Counted from the first letter of the stretch, positions 9,407 to 19,062 are shown. The stretch: DNA of 61,608 nucleotides from an uncultured Methanosarcinales archaeon (GCA_964630685.1 CAZVVW010000001.1:94236-155843); one strand, 5' to 3'. Notes: generated from the letters alone by a model not told the origin. Numbers and translations: made by a program.

Positions 9407-10878
9407 TTTTGAAAAAAGGATTTATTGCAGAAGGGACAACTTGTGAAAGTTGTGCTAAGATAATCAAGAATCAGGCACTGAAAGTTGAAGGTGTTGAAGA
9501 TGTAGAGTTTGATTATGCTACTGAAACTGGTTATGTTAGTTTTGATGATGAAAAGACAAATATTGATGAAATTTTATATAAAGTAGAAGAAAAAAATTAT
9601 ACTTGTTATATTCTTGATGAAAAAAACCCTAAATCGGAATCTAAAAAACTGTGGGGATGGATTTTTGGAATTGCAGGGGTGCTGATTGTCGCATATTTCT
9701 TATTTGGTTTTGTGGAAGGGATAGAAATGCCCAAAATAAGCCAAAATATGGGATATGGTTTGTTGTTTTTAGTTGGATTGTTGACAGGATTTCATTGTGT
9801 TGCAATGTGTGGGGGGTTTATTATTAGCTATACTGCTAAAGATGCCCAAGAAGGTAGAAAAAATCATAAATCTCATTTAATGTATGGTATAGGAAAAACA
9901 TTATCTTACACAGTTATTGGAGCGATATTTGGGTTGATTGGATCTATAATCGCTTTTACACCGATGATGAGGGGTGTTGCAGGATTATTGGCAGGTGGTT
10001 TTTTAATATTATTTGGGCTTAAAATGCTTAATATTTTTCCAATATTAAGAAAGATCCAATTTAGAACTCCTAAGTTTCTTGCTAAAATTATTGGGAAAAA
10101 ATCTAGCGAGAGTTCAAGTCCTTTGATTATTGGATTGCTTAATGGGCTTTTTATTGCATGTGGGCCTTTGCAGGCAATGTATGTTATGGCTGCGGGAACT
10201 GGAAGCATGATTGAAGGGGCTAAGATATTGTTCTTTTTTGGAATAGGAACTTTGCCTGTTTTATTGGGTTTTGGTTATTTTGCAAGTTTAGTGTCAAGTA
10301 AAATGACTCATAAGATACTGAAAATATCTGGGGCTTTGGTTATTTTGTTGGGTTTGGTTATGGTGAATAACGGATTGATACTTACTGGAAATGGATATGA
10401 TTTTGGTTCTCTAGTGAGTTCTGTTGGAGGTACTGATAGTGCTGTAACTGGCAGTGTTATTGCTGAATTGGGCAATGTTGCTGTATTGAAAGAGGGTTAT
10501 CAGGAGATAAGAATGGATGTTGTAAGTTCTGGATGGTCTCCAGATAAATTTGTGTTACAGAAGGATGTTCCTGTTAAATGGATTGTTAATGGGAAAGAGA
10601 TAACTGGTTGCAATAGTGCGATTCAAGTGCCAAAATATGGGTTAGAATTCGATGTTATTGAAGGTGAACAAGTTATTGAGTTTACTCCAACAGAAGAAGG
10701 TACTGTTAGGTGGAGTTGTTGGATGGGAATGATACCTGGAACCTTTATTGTTGTTGATGATTTGGGAAGTTCAGATGTTCAGAAAGAGTTAAATAATGTG
10801 GAAATACCTAAAGGAAGTACTTGTGGAGCAGGTAGCAGTTGTGGTGGCGGAAGTGGCTGTGGTTGCGGAGGAAAATAA
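9403..10878 (+). CDS. HMA + DsbD_2/TauE-like membrane domain + cupredoxin protein
   Basis: TTCESC; HCVAMCGG; CGPLQAM; cupredoxin SCWMGM; Cys/Gly-rich tail. Confidence 0.85.
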   Translation: MILKKGFIAEGTTCESCAKIIKNQALKVEGVEDVEFDYATETGYVSFDDEKTNIDEILYKVEEKNYTCYILDEKNPKSESKKLWGWIFGIAGVLIVAYFLFGFVEGIEMPKISQNMGYGLLFLVGLLTGFHCVAMCGGFIISYTAKDAQEGRKNHKSHLMYGIGKTLSYTVIGAIFGLIGSIIAFTPMMRGVAGLLAGGFLILFGLKMLNIFPILRKIQFRTPKFLAKIIGKKSSESSSPLIIGLLNGLFIACGPLQAMYVMAAGTGSMIEGAKILFFFGIGTLPVLLGFGYFASLVSSKMTHKILKISGALVILLGLVMVNNGLILTGNGYDFGSLVSSVGGTDSAVTGSVIAELGNVAVLKEGYQEIRMDVVSSGWSPDKFVLQKDVPVKWIVNGKEITGCNSAIQVPKYGLEFDVIEGEQVIEFTPTEEGTVRWSCWMGMIPGTFIVVDDLGSSDVQKELNNVEIPKGSTCGAGSSCGGGSGCGCGGK

Positions 10879-10879
10879 A

Positions 10880-11236
10880 ATGAAGTTGAGTTATTTTGTA
10901 TTTTTTATGATGATTTCAGTATTTTTAGTGTCTTTGACTGGATGTACTGGGTCATATCAAGTGGAAGATGGTAAATATGATGCGTTTGCACAATGTTTAA
11001 CAGAAAAAGAAGTTGTTATGTATGGTACTGATTGGTGTTCTCATTGTCAGAATCAAAAAGCAATGTTTGGAAGTTCTTTTGAATATGTAGATTTTGTTGA
11101 TTGTGAAATTTCAAATCTTGTTTGTTCAAATGCAGGTATAAAAGGTTATCCAACTTGGAATATTGAGGGAAATAATTATCCAGGAGAACAATCTTTTAAT
11201 AGATTATCTGAATTAAGTGGGTGTAAATTAGTATAA
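10880..11236 (+). CDS. Exported thioredoxin/glutaredoxin-like protein
   Basis: Signal/lipobox LTGC; WCSHC; GYPTW. True start is probably ATG 10880. Confidence 0.8.
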   Translation: MKLSYFVFFMMISVFLVSLTGCTGSYQVEDGKYDAFAQCLTEKEVVMYGTDWCSHCQNQKAMFGSSFEYVDFVDCEISNLVCSNAGIKGYPTWNIEGNNYPGEQSFNRLSELSGCKLV

Positions 11237-11240
11237 TAAT

Positions 11241-13451
11241 ATGAAAAAGACAACTAAAGCAACTAAATTAACTAACACAACTAAAGCAATTCTCAGTATT
11301 AATGGAATGCATTGTGCAAGCTGTGCACTTTTAGTGGATAAATCTTTGAAAAAGATGGATGGTGTTAAGACGTGTAATGTTAATTTTTCTACAGCAAAAG
11401 CAGATATTGAATATAATAATAAATCTGTCAAGGTAGGGGAATTTGTTAATAAAATAAAAAAATTAGGTTATTCTGCAAAAGTTTATGTCGGAAGTGTTGA
11501 ACAAGAGAGGGCAAAAAGAAAAGAGTTGAGAGAATTAAAGATGAAATTGGGAATTTCATTTCTTTTTGCTATCCCTGCTTTTGTGTTGGGTATGTTTTTT
11601 ATGAAAAACCCTATTCCTTATCAAGATTTTATAATGTGGGCTTTGGCTACCCCTATTCAATTTTACGTTGGTGCAAGATTTTATTCTGGTGCTTGGAGTG
11701 CATTAAAGAATAAATATTCTAATATGGATACACTGATTGCGTTAGGTACTAGCGCTGCTTATTTTTACAGTGTTTATATTGTGATAGTTGGTGGAGGACA
11801 CCAGTATTTTGAAGCATCTGCTGTTTTGATAAGTTTAGTTATGCTTGGAAAATATTTTGAAGCTGTTGCAGGGGGTAAAACTTCGGATGCAATTAAAAAA
11901 TTAATGCATTTAGCACCGAAAAAAGCGATTGTGGTTCGCAGAGGAAAAGAGATCACAATTTCTGTTTCCGAGATCAAGGTTGGAGATGTTGTGTTGGTAA
12001 AACCTGGAGCTAATATACCTGTTGATGGAATAATTGTTTCTGGAAATTCTGCTGTGAACGAGGGTATGGTTACTGGTGAAAGCATTCCTGTTGAAAAAAA
12101 GAAAGGAGATAGTGTTATTGGGGCTACAATCAATAAACATGGAAGTTTTAGATTTAAGGCTTTGAAGATTGGAGGAGACACTGTTTTATCACAGATAATT
12201 AAACTTATTGAAGAGGCTCAGGGTAGAAAAGCACCCATACAAAGATTTGCTGATAAAGTTGCAGGGTTTTTTGTGCCTGCAGTGTTGATTATTGCGGTTG
12301 TTACTTTTTTGAGTTGGTATTTTTTGTTTGGAGCTGAGTTTTCATTTGCGCTTATTGCAGCTGTTGCTGTGTTGGTTATCGCATGTCCTTGTGCGCTTGG
12401 TTTGGCTACACCCACTGCCATAATGGTTGGAACTGGGATGGGTGCTCAAAAAGGGGTTTTGATAAAAGGAGGAGATGCTTTGGAAACAGCACATAAGCTG
12501 AGGCATGTTATATTTGATAAAACTGGAACTATCACTAAAGGAACTCCTGAAGTTGTTGAGATTGCTGGTTTTGGTAAAAGTGAAGATGATGTTTTAAGAA
12601 TTAGTGCTAGTATTGAAAAAGAATCTGAACATCCTTTGGCAGAAGCTATTGTTGAAAGGGCTAAACAGAAAAAAGTTAAATTTAGGGGTGTTAAAGGGTT
12701 TAAAGCAATACCTGGTCATGGTGTGACTGCTAAATTAGGCACTAAGAAATATTGGTTTGGTAATGTTAAATTGATGAAAGATAAAGGTGTTAATATTTCT
12801 AAAGTTAAACAAGAAGTTTATGATTTGGGGGAGAAAGGACAAACAGTTATGTTGTTGGCTGAAGGTAGAAAGTTGATAGGGTTAGTAAGTGTTGCTGATG
12901 CTATGAAAGAGAGTTCTCCTTTGGCTGTTATGAAGTTGAGGAAATTAGGTGTTAAAGTTTATATGATTACAGGGGATAATCAAAGAACAGCTAAAGCAAT
13001 AGCTAGAAAAGCCGGAATTAAAAATGTTTTTGCTGAAGTTTTACCAGAAGATAAAGCTAATTATGTTAAGAAATTACAGCGAAAAGGAAAAGTTGGAATG
13101 GTTGGAGATGGCATTAATGATGCTCCTGCCCTAGCACAAGCAGATATTGGAATTGCAATGGGTTCTGGCACTGATGTTGCTATGGAAACTGGAAATGTTG
13201 TGTTGATGAAAAATGATTTACTTGATGTTGCTAAAGCGATTAAGTTGAGCAGAATCACTATGTCAAAGATCAGACAAAACATGTTCTGGGCATTGTTTTA
13301 TAATTCTTTAGGTATTCCTATTGCTGCTGGAGTACTTTATCCTTTAACTGGATGGCTTTTGAGTCCTATGATTGCAGGTGGTGCGATGGCTATGAGTTCT
13401 GTATCTGTTGTTGTGAATTCTTTATTGATGAAACATTATAAGAGTATGTAG
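11241..13451 (+). CDS. copA: Cu(I)-exporting P1B ATPase
   Basis: GMHCASC, TGES, CPC, DKTGT, SEHP, GDGINDAP, YN..P and MxxSS motifs. Confidence 0.97.
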   Translation: MKKTTKATKLTNTTKAILSINGMHCASCALLVDKSLKKMDGVKTCNVNFSTAKADIEYNNKSVKVGEFVNKIKKLGYSAKVYVGSVEQERAKRKELRELKMKLGISFLFAIPAFVLGMFFMKNPIPYQDFIMWALATPIQFYVGARFYSGAWSALKNKYSNMDTLIALGTSAAYFYSVYIVIVGGGHQYFEASAVLISLVMLGKYFEAVAGGKTSDAIKKLMHLAPKKAIVVRRGKEITISVSEIKVGDVVLVKPGANIPVDGIIVSGNSAVNEGMVTGESIPVEKKKGDSVIGATINKHGSFRFKALKIGGDTVLSQIIKLIEEAQGRKAPIQRFADKVAGFFVPAVLIIAVVTFLSWYFLFGAEFSFALIAAVAVLVIACPCALGLATPTAIMVGTGMGAQKGVLIKGGDALETAHKLRHVIFDKTGTITKGTPEVVEIAGFGKSEDDVLRISASIEKESEHPLAEAIVERAKQKKVKFRGVKGFKAIPGHGVTAKLGTKKYWFGNVKLMKDKGVNISKVKQEVYDLGEKGQTVMLLAEGRKLIGLVSVADAMKESSPLAVMKLRKLGVKVYMITGDNQRTAKAIARKAGIKNVFAEVLPEDKANYVKKLQRKGKVGMVGDGINDAPALAQADIGIAMGSGTDVAMETGNVVLMKNDLLDVAKAIKLSRITMSKIRQNMFWALFYNSLGIPIAAGVLYPLTGWLLSPMIAGGAMAMSSVSVVVNSLLMKHYKSM

Positions 13452-13514
13452 TGGTTAACTTTTTTTGTTTTTTATGTGTTATTGACGACAAATGTAGTGG
13501 TTAACTTATTTATG

Positions 13515-13766
13515 TTAGTTACTTATTTTTTTTATATTTTTTCTATGTCCAATAAGTGTTATGATTATGGTTTGATTATCAATATCTGCACAGATTCTAT
13601 AATCTCAAATCCTTAATTTGTAATCTTTTCCGGATTTTAAGCGTTCAAAGTAACGAAAAGGATTTGATTTAGTTGATAATATCTTGTTGAATATTCTTAA
13701 CCTTGTCTCTTTAGGTAGTTTTTCCAAGAAATCTATCACATTAAGATCAAATATTATTTCGTGCAT
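13515..13766 (-). pseudogene. RelE/ParE-family toxin with in-frame TGA
   Basis: Manual translation MHEIIFDLNVIDFLEKLPKETRLRIFNKI...YKLRI*DYRICADIDNQTIIITLIGHRKNI. TGA at 13605-13607. TAATG coupling to the antitoxin. Confidence 0.85.
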
Positions 13767-14005
13767 TACAAACCTAATCTATTCCTATCTTTTTTTTCAG
13801 TGAGAAAGTCTCCTTTTATGATTCTTTCTCTGGCTTTTTCTATTGCCTTTACTGTTTCTTTACTAAGCTCAGGTTGAGTTTTACAGGTTTTAGCAACAAA
13901 TAACATCTTTTTAATCACTCCATCATAACTCTCATTTTTGTATTCTCTAAATAAATCCAATTCTTGCTTTGTTCCTTCATGAATCTTGATTGTTGTTGCA
14001 GTCAT
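13766..14005 (-). CDS. Antitoxin (RHH-like N-terminus) of a type II TA pair
   Basis: TTIKIHEGTKQEL...ESYDGVI; stop overlaps the toxin start. Confidence 0.8.
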   Translation of the reverse strand: MTATTIKIHEGTKQELDLFREYKNESYDGVIKKMLFVAKTCKTQPELSKETVKAIEKARERIIKGDFLTEKKDRNRLGL

Positions 14006-14007
14006 AT

Positions 14008-14025
14008 TAGTATACTATGGTATAC
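14008..14025. promoter_or_regulatory. Putative TA autoregulatory operator
   Basis: GTATAC-TATG-GTATAC directly upstream of the antitoxin ATG. Confidence 0.4.
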
Positions 14026-14201
14026 AAAACTTTCGCTTAGTAAATAGAAGGTACTTTTCAAGATTGATAAATCTAAATTAACGAAATCCGTAAATAACAT
14101 TAGAACTCTGGAAGAACTTTCAATAAAATTGAATCTTATTCACATTATATTAACGAAAGTTTTTTAAATTGGTATTTATCTTTATTCTTTTATTATAATT
14201 C

Positions 14202-14275
14202 GGGCCCATAGTCTAGCGGTTTATGACGTTGCCCTTACAAGGCGGAGGTCCCCGGTTCGAATCCGGGTGGGCCCA
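14202..14275 (+). tRNA. tRNA-Val(TAC)
   Basis: GGGCCCA/TGGGCCC acceptor stem; TTGCC-CTTACAA-GGCGG; GTTCGAATC. Confidence 0.95.
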
Positions 14276-14321
14276 TTCCAAAAACTTTTAATACTTTAAA
14301 GCTTTTTAATGTAAAATAGGG

Positions 14322-15416
14322 GTGAATAAAATAAAAAAGGTGAAAAAACATTTTCCACTATTGTTATTTCTTTTTATATTAGTGTTATCTTTTTTTATAG
14401 TTAAACCTTTTATTATTTCAATATTGACTGCTTTTGTTTTTGCATATTTATTTTTCCCATTATATAATTTACTTAATAAAAAAATAAAAAGAAAAAATCT
14501 TTCTGCGACAATAACTCTTTTTGTTATGGTTTTAGTGCTTATAATTCCTAGCGCATTTATTACAACTACTTTAGCTAAAGAATCATATGTGGCTTATTTA
14601 ACTACAAAACAAAAAATAGGTGGGAGTCTTAATTTAGAATGTAAAGAAGGGATTTTTTGTGAATGGTTACATAAATTTGAAACAGATGTTCTTGGTAAAG
14701 ATATTAAAACTTATTTGAAAGAAAATCTTGAGAAATTTATAGGTACTTTGATTAGTAAAATATCTGGTTTTGTTATGGGTATTGCAGGAAAAATAATAAA
14801 TATATTTATTTTCTTATTCTTGACTTTCTTTTTGCTTAGAGACGGAAGAAAGTTAAGTAAATCACTAGGTTCTCTATTGGCGTTAGATCAAAAAACTAAA
14901 AAGAAAGTGTTAAAGGAAATGAATGATTTAATTTATGCTGTTGTATTTGGAACAATCATTCTTGCTTTAATTCAGGGATTATTTGCTATAGGTGGTTATT
15001 ATCTTTTTGGGATTAATTCTCCTTTAATGTGGGGAATCATTACTTCTTTAGCTGCATTAATTCCTTTTATTGGAACTGGACTTATTTGGCTTCCATTAAG
15101 TTTGTCTTTGATAATTAGCGGTATAATTACACCGGAAACGGCACTTATTGGAAAAGGAATTGGGCTTATATTATATGGGGCTTTAGTTATTGGAAGTATT
15201 GATAATTTTTTAAGACCCAAAATAATTGGGGATAGATCTGTTTTACATCCAGCATTAGTTCTATTAGGTGTTGCTGGAGGAGTGTTTATGTTGGGATTTA
15301 TTGGAGTAATCATTGGACCAGTTATACTTGCGTTATTAGTGATTGCTTTAAGGATGCAAGACGATTCCCTTTTGAAACCTACATTATCTGATTTTAAAAT
15401 AAAATTGAAGAAATGA
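14322..15416 (+). CDS. AI-2E family transporter
   Basis: FFLLRDG, IPFIG, IDNFLRP and GVIIGP motifs; multiple TM helices. Confidence 0.9.
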   Translation: MNKIKKVKKHFPLLLFLFILVLSFFIVKPFIISILTAFVFAYLFFPLYNLLNKKIKRKNLSATITLFVMVLVLIIPSAFITTTLAKESYVAYLTTKQKIGGSLNLECKEGIFCEWLHKFETDVLGKDIKTYLKENLEKFIGTLISKISGFVMGIAGKIINIFIFLFLTFFLLRDGRKLSKSLGSLLALDQKTKKKVLKEMNDLIYAVVFGTIILALIQGLFAIGGYYLFGINSPLMWGIITSLAALIPFIGTGLIWLPLSLSLIISGIITPETALIGKGIGLILYGALVIGSIDNFLRPKIIGDRSVLHPALVLLGVAGGVFMLGFIGVIIGPVILALLVIALRMQDDSLLKPTLSDFKIKLKK

Positions 15417-16909
15417 AATTTTTAGTTCGCGACATGGATATAGCAACTGGTGGGCCCCTTATTGCTATACTTAATTTTAAAGATGCAGAGGAATTAGACT
15501 TACATAGCGGGGATAGAGTTAGACTTTCTTGTGGAAGAAAAAAAGCAATAGCTATTGTGGATTTTGCTGAATCTAAAAAAACACTTCCAAGAGGAAAAAT
15601 TGGGTTTTTTGAAGAATTATTTAAAAAATTAAATGTGAAAAATAATACTCAAATTTCCTTAAAACTCGTAAAAAAACCAAAATCAATACACTATATCAGA
15701 AAAACATTGGATGGAGAAAAATTAAATCCAAAAGAGATTGAAACAATTGTAGATGATATTGTTAATAATAGATTGAGTGAAGCTGAGCTTGCTTATTTTG
15801 TTGCTGCGTCTTATACACATGTCATGCATATTGATGAAACTGTTGCTTTAACTAAAGCGATGATTAATACAGGCGATGTATTGAAACTAAAACAAAGAAA
15901 TGTTGTAGATAAACACTGTATTGGAGGTGTTGTAGGTAATAGGACAACAATGATAGTTGTGCCAATAGTTGCTGCGGTAGGTATAACAATACCTAAAACA
16001 AGTTCTAGGTCTATAACAAGTCCTGCAGGTACTGCTGATACTATGGAAGTGCTTACTAATGTTTCTCATTCTTTGAAAGATATTAAAAAGATTATTAAGA
16101 AAACTAATGGTTGTTTGGTTTGGGGTGGTGCTTTAAATTTAGCTCCTGCTGATGATACAATAATTAGGGTTGAACATCCACTTAATTTAGATGCTAGGAG
16201 TCAGTTACTTGCAAGCATTTTAGCTAAAAAAGCATCTGTTTCTGCTAAACATGTTTTAGTTGATATTCCTGTTGGGAAAGGGGCAAAAATACATTCTAAA
16301 AAAAGGGCATTAACACTAAAAAAACAGTTTGAATCAATCGGAAAAAAACTAGGAATGCATATACATGTTATCCTCACAGATGGTTCTGAACCTGTAGGTA
16401 ATGGTTTGGGTCCTGTTTTGGAAGCAAGAGATGTTTTATACGTGTTAAAAGGAGATAAAAGAATGCCTTTAGATTTAAAGAAAAAAAGCATTAAACTAGC
16501 AGGATTAATGCTTGAAATGGGTAAAAAAGCCAAAAAAGGGGAAGGAGAAAAACTCGCTAAAGAAATCTTAGAATCTGGAAAAGCTTATAGTAAATTTATT
16601 GGAATAATCAAAGCTCAAGGGGGAAAAGAGATATCTCCAGATAAATTAAAATTAGCTAAATATAAAAGAAACATTAAAGCAGAAAAAAGAGGAAAGATTA
16701 TGCATATTGATAATTCAGCTATTGCCAAAGTGGCAAGAATAGCTGGTGCTCCTGTAGATAAAGAAGCTGGAATATATCTTCATGTGAGAAAAAATATGAA
16801 AGTGAAAAAAGGTGAATTATTGTTTACTATTTATTCTAACAGTAAAGCAAAATTAAGATTTGCTGTAAATACTTTTAAAGAAATTGGAGGGGTTGTCATT
16901 AAAAATTAA
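15413..16909 (+). CDS. AMP phosphorylase (archaeal thymidine phosphorylase family)
   Basis: N-terminal barrel extension; DKHCIGGV, PKTSSRSITSPAGTAD and ARIAGAP motifs. Confidence 0.92.
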   Translation: MKFLVRDMDIATGGPLIAILNFKDAEELDLHSGDRVRLSCGRKKAIAIVDFAESKKTLPRGKIGFFEELFKKLNVKNNTQISLKLVKKPKSIHYIRKTLDGEKLNPKEIETIVDDIVNNRLSEAELAYFVAASYTHVMHIDETVALTKAMINTGDVLKLKQRNVVDKHCIGGVVGNRTTMIVVPIVAAVGITIPKTSSRSITSPAGTADTMEVLTNVSHSLKDIKKIIKKTNGCLVWGGALNLAPADDTIIRVEHPLNLDARSQLLASILAKKASVSAKHVLVDIPVGKGAKIHSKKRALTLKKQFESIGKKLGMHIHVILTDGSEPVGNGLGPVLEARDVLYVLKGDKRMPLDLKKKSIKLAGLMLEMGKKAKKGEGEKLAKEILESGKAYSKFIGIIKAQGGKEISPDKLKLAKYKRNIKAEKRGKIMHIDNSAIAKVARIAGAPVDKEAGIYLHVRKNMKVKKGELLFTIYSNSKAKLRFAVNTFKEIGGVVIKN

Positions 16910-17452
16910 TTATTGAAGTAATTTAATCCATTTTTCAAACTTTTTTGCTTTTTGTTCACCAAATTGAGAAAGCCATTCTTTTATCTCTTTTAAAGTTCTT
17001 TCATTTTCAAAATGTTCCGGAGTTTTAGAAAAAAATCTATCAGCAAAACAAATAATCTTTTCTTCTATAGAAATAGGCACCATATCTCTTAATGGTAAAG
17101 GTAGCTTATGTTTTATCACATCTTGTTTTGTTAAGCCAACTCCAAGATGTCTTTCACATACCAAAGCGTGTTTTGGAAAACCTTCTTTATCTAAAATTTC
17201 CCTACCGAGATAGCCGTGGCAAATGTATGGTTTATCTCCCTGACAACCAATTCTTGGTGCATCTGTAAGAAATATTCCAATATCATGAAGAATTGCAGCT
17301 TCTTTGATGAACTTTAAATTAGGATTTAAGTGTTTTACTTTTTTTGCTATTTTTAGTGCCTTTTCAGCTACTTTTTTTCCATGTCCAACTAGTAATTCAT
17401 AAGATTTAGAACCTGGTTTGTAATATTTTTTAATTATTTTTAATGGGTTCAT
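16910..17452 (-). CDS. HD-domain phosphohydrolase
   Basis: H...LHDIG...H...ERHLG...EKIICFAD. Confidence 0.88.
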   Translation of the reverse strand: MNPLKIIKKYYKPGSKSYELLVGHGKKVAEKALKIAKKVKHLNPNLKFIKEAAILHDIGIFLTDAPRIGCQGDKPYICHGYLGREILDKEGFPKHALVCERHLGVGLTKQDVIKHKLPLPLRDMVPISIEEKIICFADRFFSKTPEHFENERTLKEIKEWLSQFGEQKAKKFEKWIKLLQ

Positions 17453-17521
17453 GTTAAGAGATTTTAAAACAAGTAGATTTTATCTACGAGCTTTTTAAAA
17501 ATTTGTGGAATTTTTTAAAAA

Positions 17522-17592
17522 TGCGCCGGCCGGGATTTGAACCCGGATCGCAGCCTTGGCAAGGCTGAATTCTACCATTTAACTACCGGCGC
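17522..17592 (-). tRNA. tRNA-Gly(GCC)
   Basis: Reverse complement GCGCCGG...CAGCC-TTGCCAA-GGCTG...GTTCAAATC...CCGGCGCA. Confidence 0.95.
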
Positions 17593-17644
17593 ATATGAAA
17601 TGAATTTGATGAATTTATGTTATAATTGTGAATGTGGTGAATTA

Positions 17645-17731
17645 CCGGTAGGTTTGGCTTTTAAGCCAAAACCGGCTCTTGCGTGTCGGTCTGCGCGTAA
17701 TCAGACGATTTTACCATTTAACTACTGGCGC
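17645..17731 (-). other. tRNA-Gly 5'-derived fragment fused to GC-rich hairpins (pseudo-tRNA or ncRNA)
   Basis: 17708-17731 matches the tRNA-Gly 5' end at 22/24 nt. It is followed by a GTCTG/CAGAC stem and a CCGGT-TTTGGCTT/AAGCCAAA-ACCGG hairpin. Confidence 0.5.
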
Positions 17732-17746
17732 AGTTATGTGTTTTGA

Positions 17747-17819
17747 TGGGCCTGGCCGGAATCGAACCGGCGACCTCCACCATGTCGAGGTGGCGTCATA
17801 GCCGCTAGACTACAGGCCC
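17747..17819 (-). tRNA. tRNA-Val(GAC)
   Basis: Reverse complement GGGCCTG...CCACC-TCGACAT-GGTGG...GTTCGATTC...CAGGCCCA. Confidence 0.93.
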
Positions 17820-17875
17820 AATAAATGACGCCAACAACAGCAATAAAATAAAGTAGTGCTTTAAAAAAGTTTTGT

Positions 17876-19062
17876 TTAATTTTTTATAATAACTTTATCT
17901 CCTACTTCAACATCACTATAAAGTTTGATAATTTCATCATTTTTTAATCTTATACAACCTTTAGAAATAAATCTATTTTCTTGATTTAATAAATATGCTA
18001 AACTATCGGGAGTTCCATGTAATCCATAATGAGTTTTTGTGCCATCTATGCTATATAATCCAATATATGCTGGACCAAACACATTATTTTTATCTATAGA
18101 ATAGAGGGTTTCGTTTTTCTTTTTAGTTGGGTCTAATATTTTAAATCCTACAAAAAATTCACCCAGAGGTGTACATGTTTGTTCATCTACTTTTTTACCT
18201 ACTCCTACATCATATACTTTTTTCTTTTTTCCGTTTTCATAAATTTCTAACACTTGTTCTGAAGTGTCCACACAAAATAATTTATTTTCATACATTTTAT
18301 CTATTTTTAATACAAAATCTTCAAAACTCATTTCTCTAGTTACTTGTATTCTTGGTATTTTATTTAGATTAGTTATTGTACCGTTTTCATATACTGTAAA
18401 TAAAGCTTTATAACCTGCATCTTTTGCCGCGTTTATTGTTCTTTGATTGTATGAACCGCCTGGCCATATTAACCCAAGCACTTCTTTGTTTAGTTTTTTT
18501 TCTAAAATCTTTTTAGACCCTTCTAATTCATATTTTAATTTTTTATCACAGAGTTCTGTCATTTTTGGTTTGTATAAAGGAGAAGTTACTGTATGGGATT
18601 GAACATCGACTAGATTTTTGTTTTCCCAAACAATTAATTCTTCATAAGAAAACCTATTATTAGATTTTTTTTCTACTATATCTGAAGTGATTAAAGAAAG
18701 TGTAGCAGTATAACCATTTTTTTCCATTAAAGGGAGTACATTATATTTTACGCTCTTGTAATAATTGTCATCAAAAATGAGCATGATTGATTTTTCAGGA
18801 ATATTTGTTTTATTTTCTATATGGTCTACAAGCTGATCAACAGTAATTGTCTGGAAATCGTTTTTTTTAACCAATCTATTTGTTTCTCAAGTAAATCTGG
18901 TTTGATAGTTAGGTAACCATGGGGGTTATTAGAAATACAATGATACATTGTTGCTACTGCTTTTGGCTTTTGTTTTACTTCTGATTTTATGCTTTCTGCA
19001 GGCGAAAGTAATGCTCCTATTAAAGCAGTCAAGGTAACTAACTTTTTGAATTTATTTTTCAT
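17876..19062 (-). CDS. Secreted polysaccharide deacetylase + L,D-transpeptidase (YkuD) fusion, split by a frameshift in an A8 tract
   Basis: Upstream ORF has a signal peptide and MYHCI. Downstream ORF has LIFDD, QSHT, WPGG, then TPLG, LHGT and ISKGCIRL. One extra A at 18861-18868 joins the frames as IDWLKKNDFQTIT. Confidence 0.8.

Noticed and set aside
2273..13607. Genome-wide UGA recoding (two in-frame TGAs)
   Set aside because: The two sites imply different residues (Trp and Gly), and TGA ends genes at their expected C-termini (rtcB ...VKG*, several ATGA overlaps).
17537..17746. 69-aa ORF
   Set aside because: Antisense to tRNA-Gly and the tRNA-like element.
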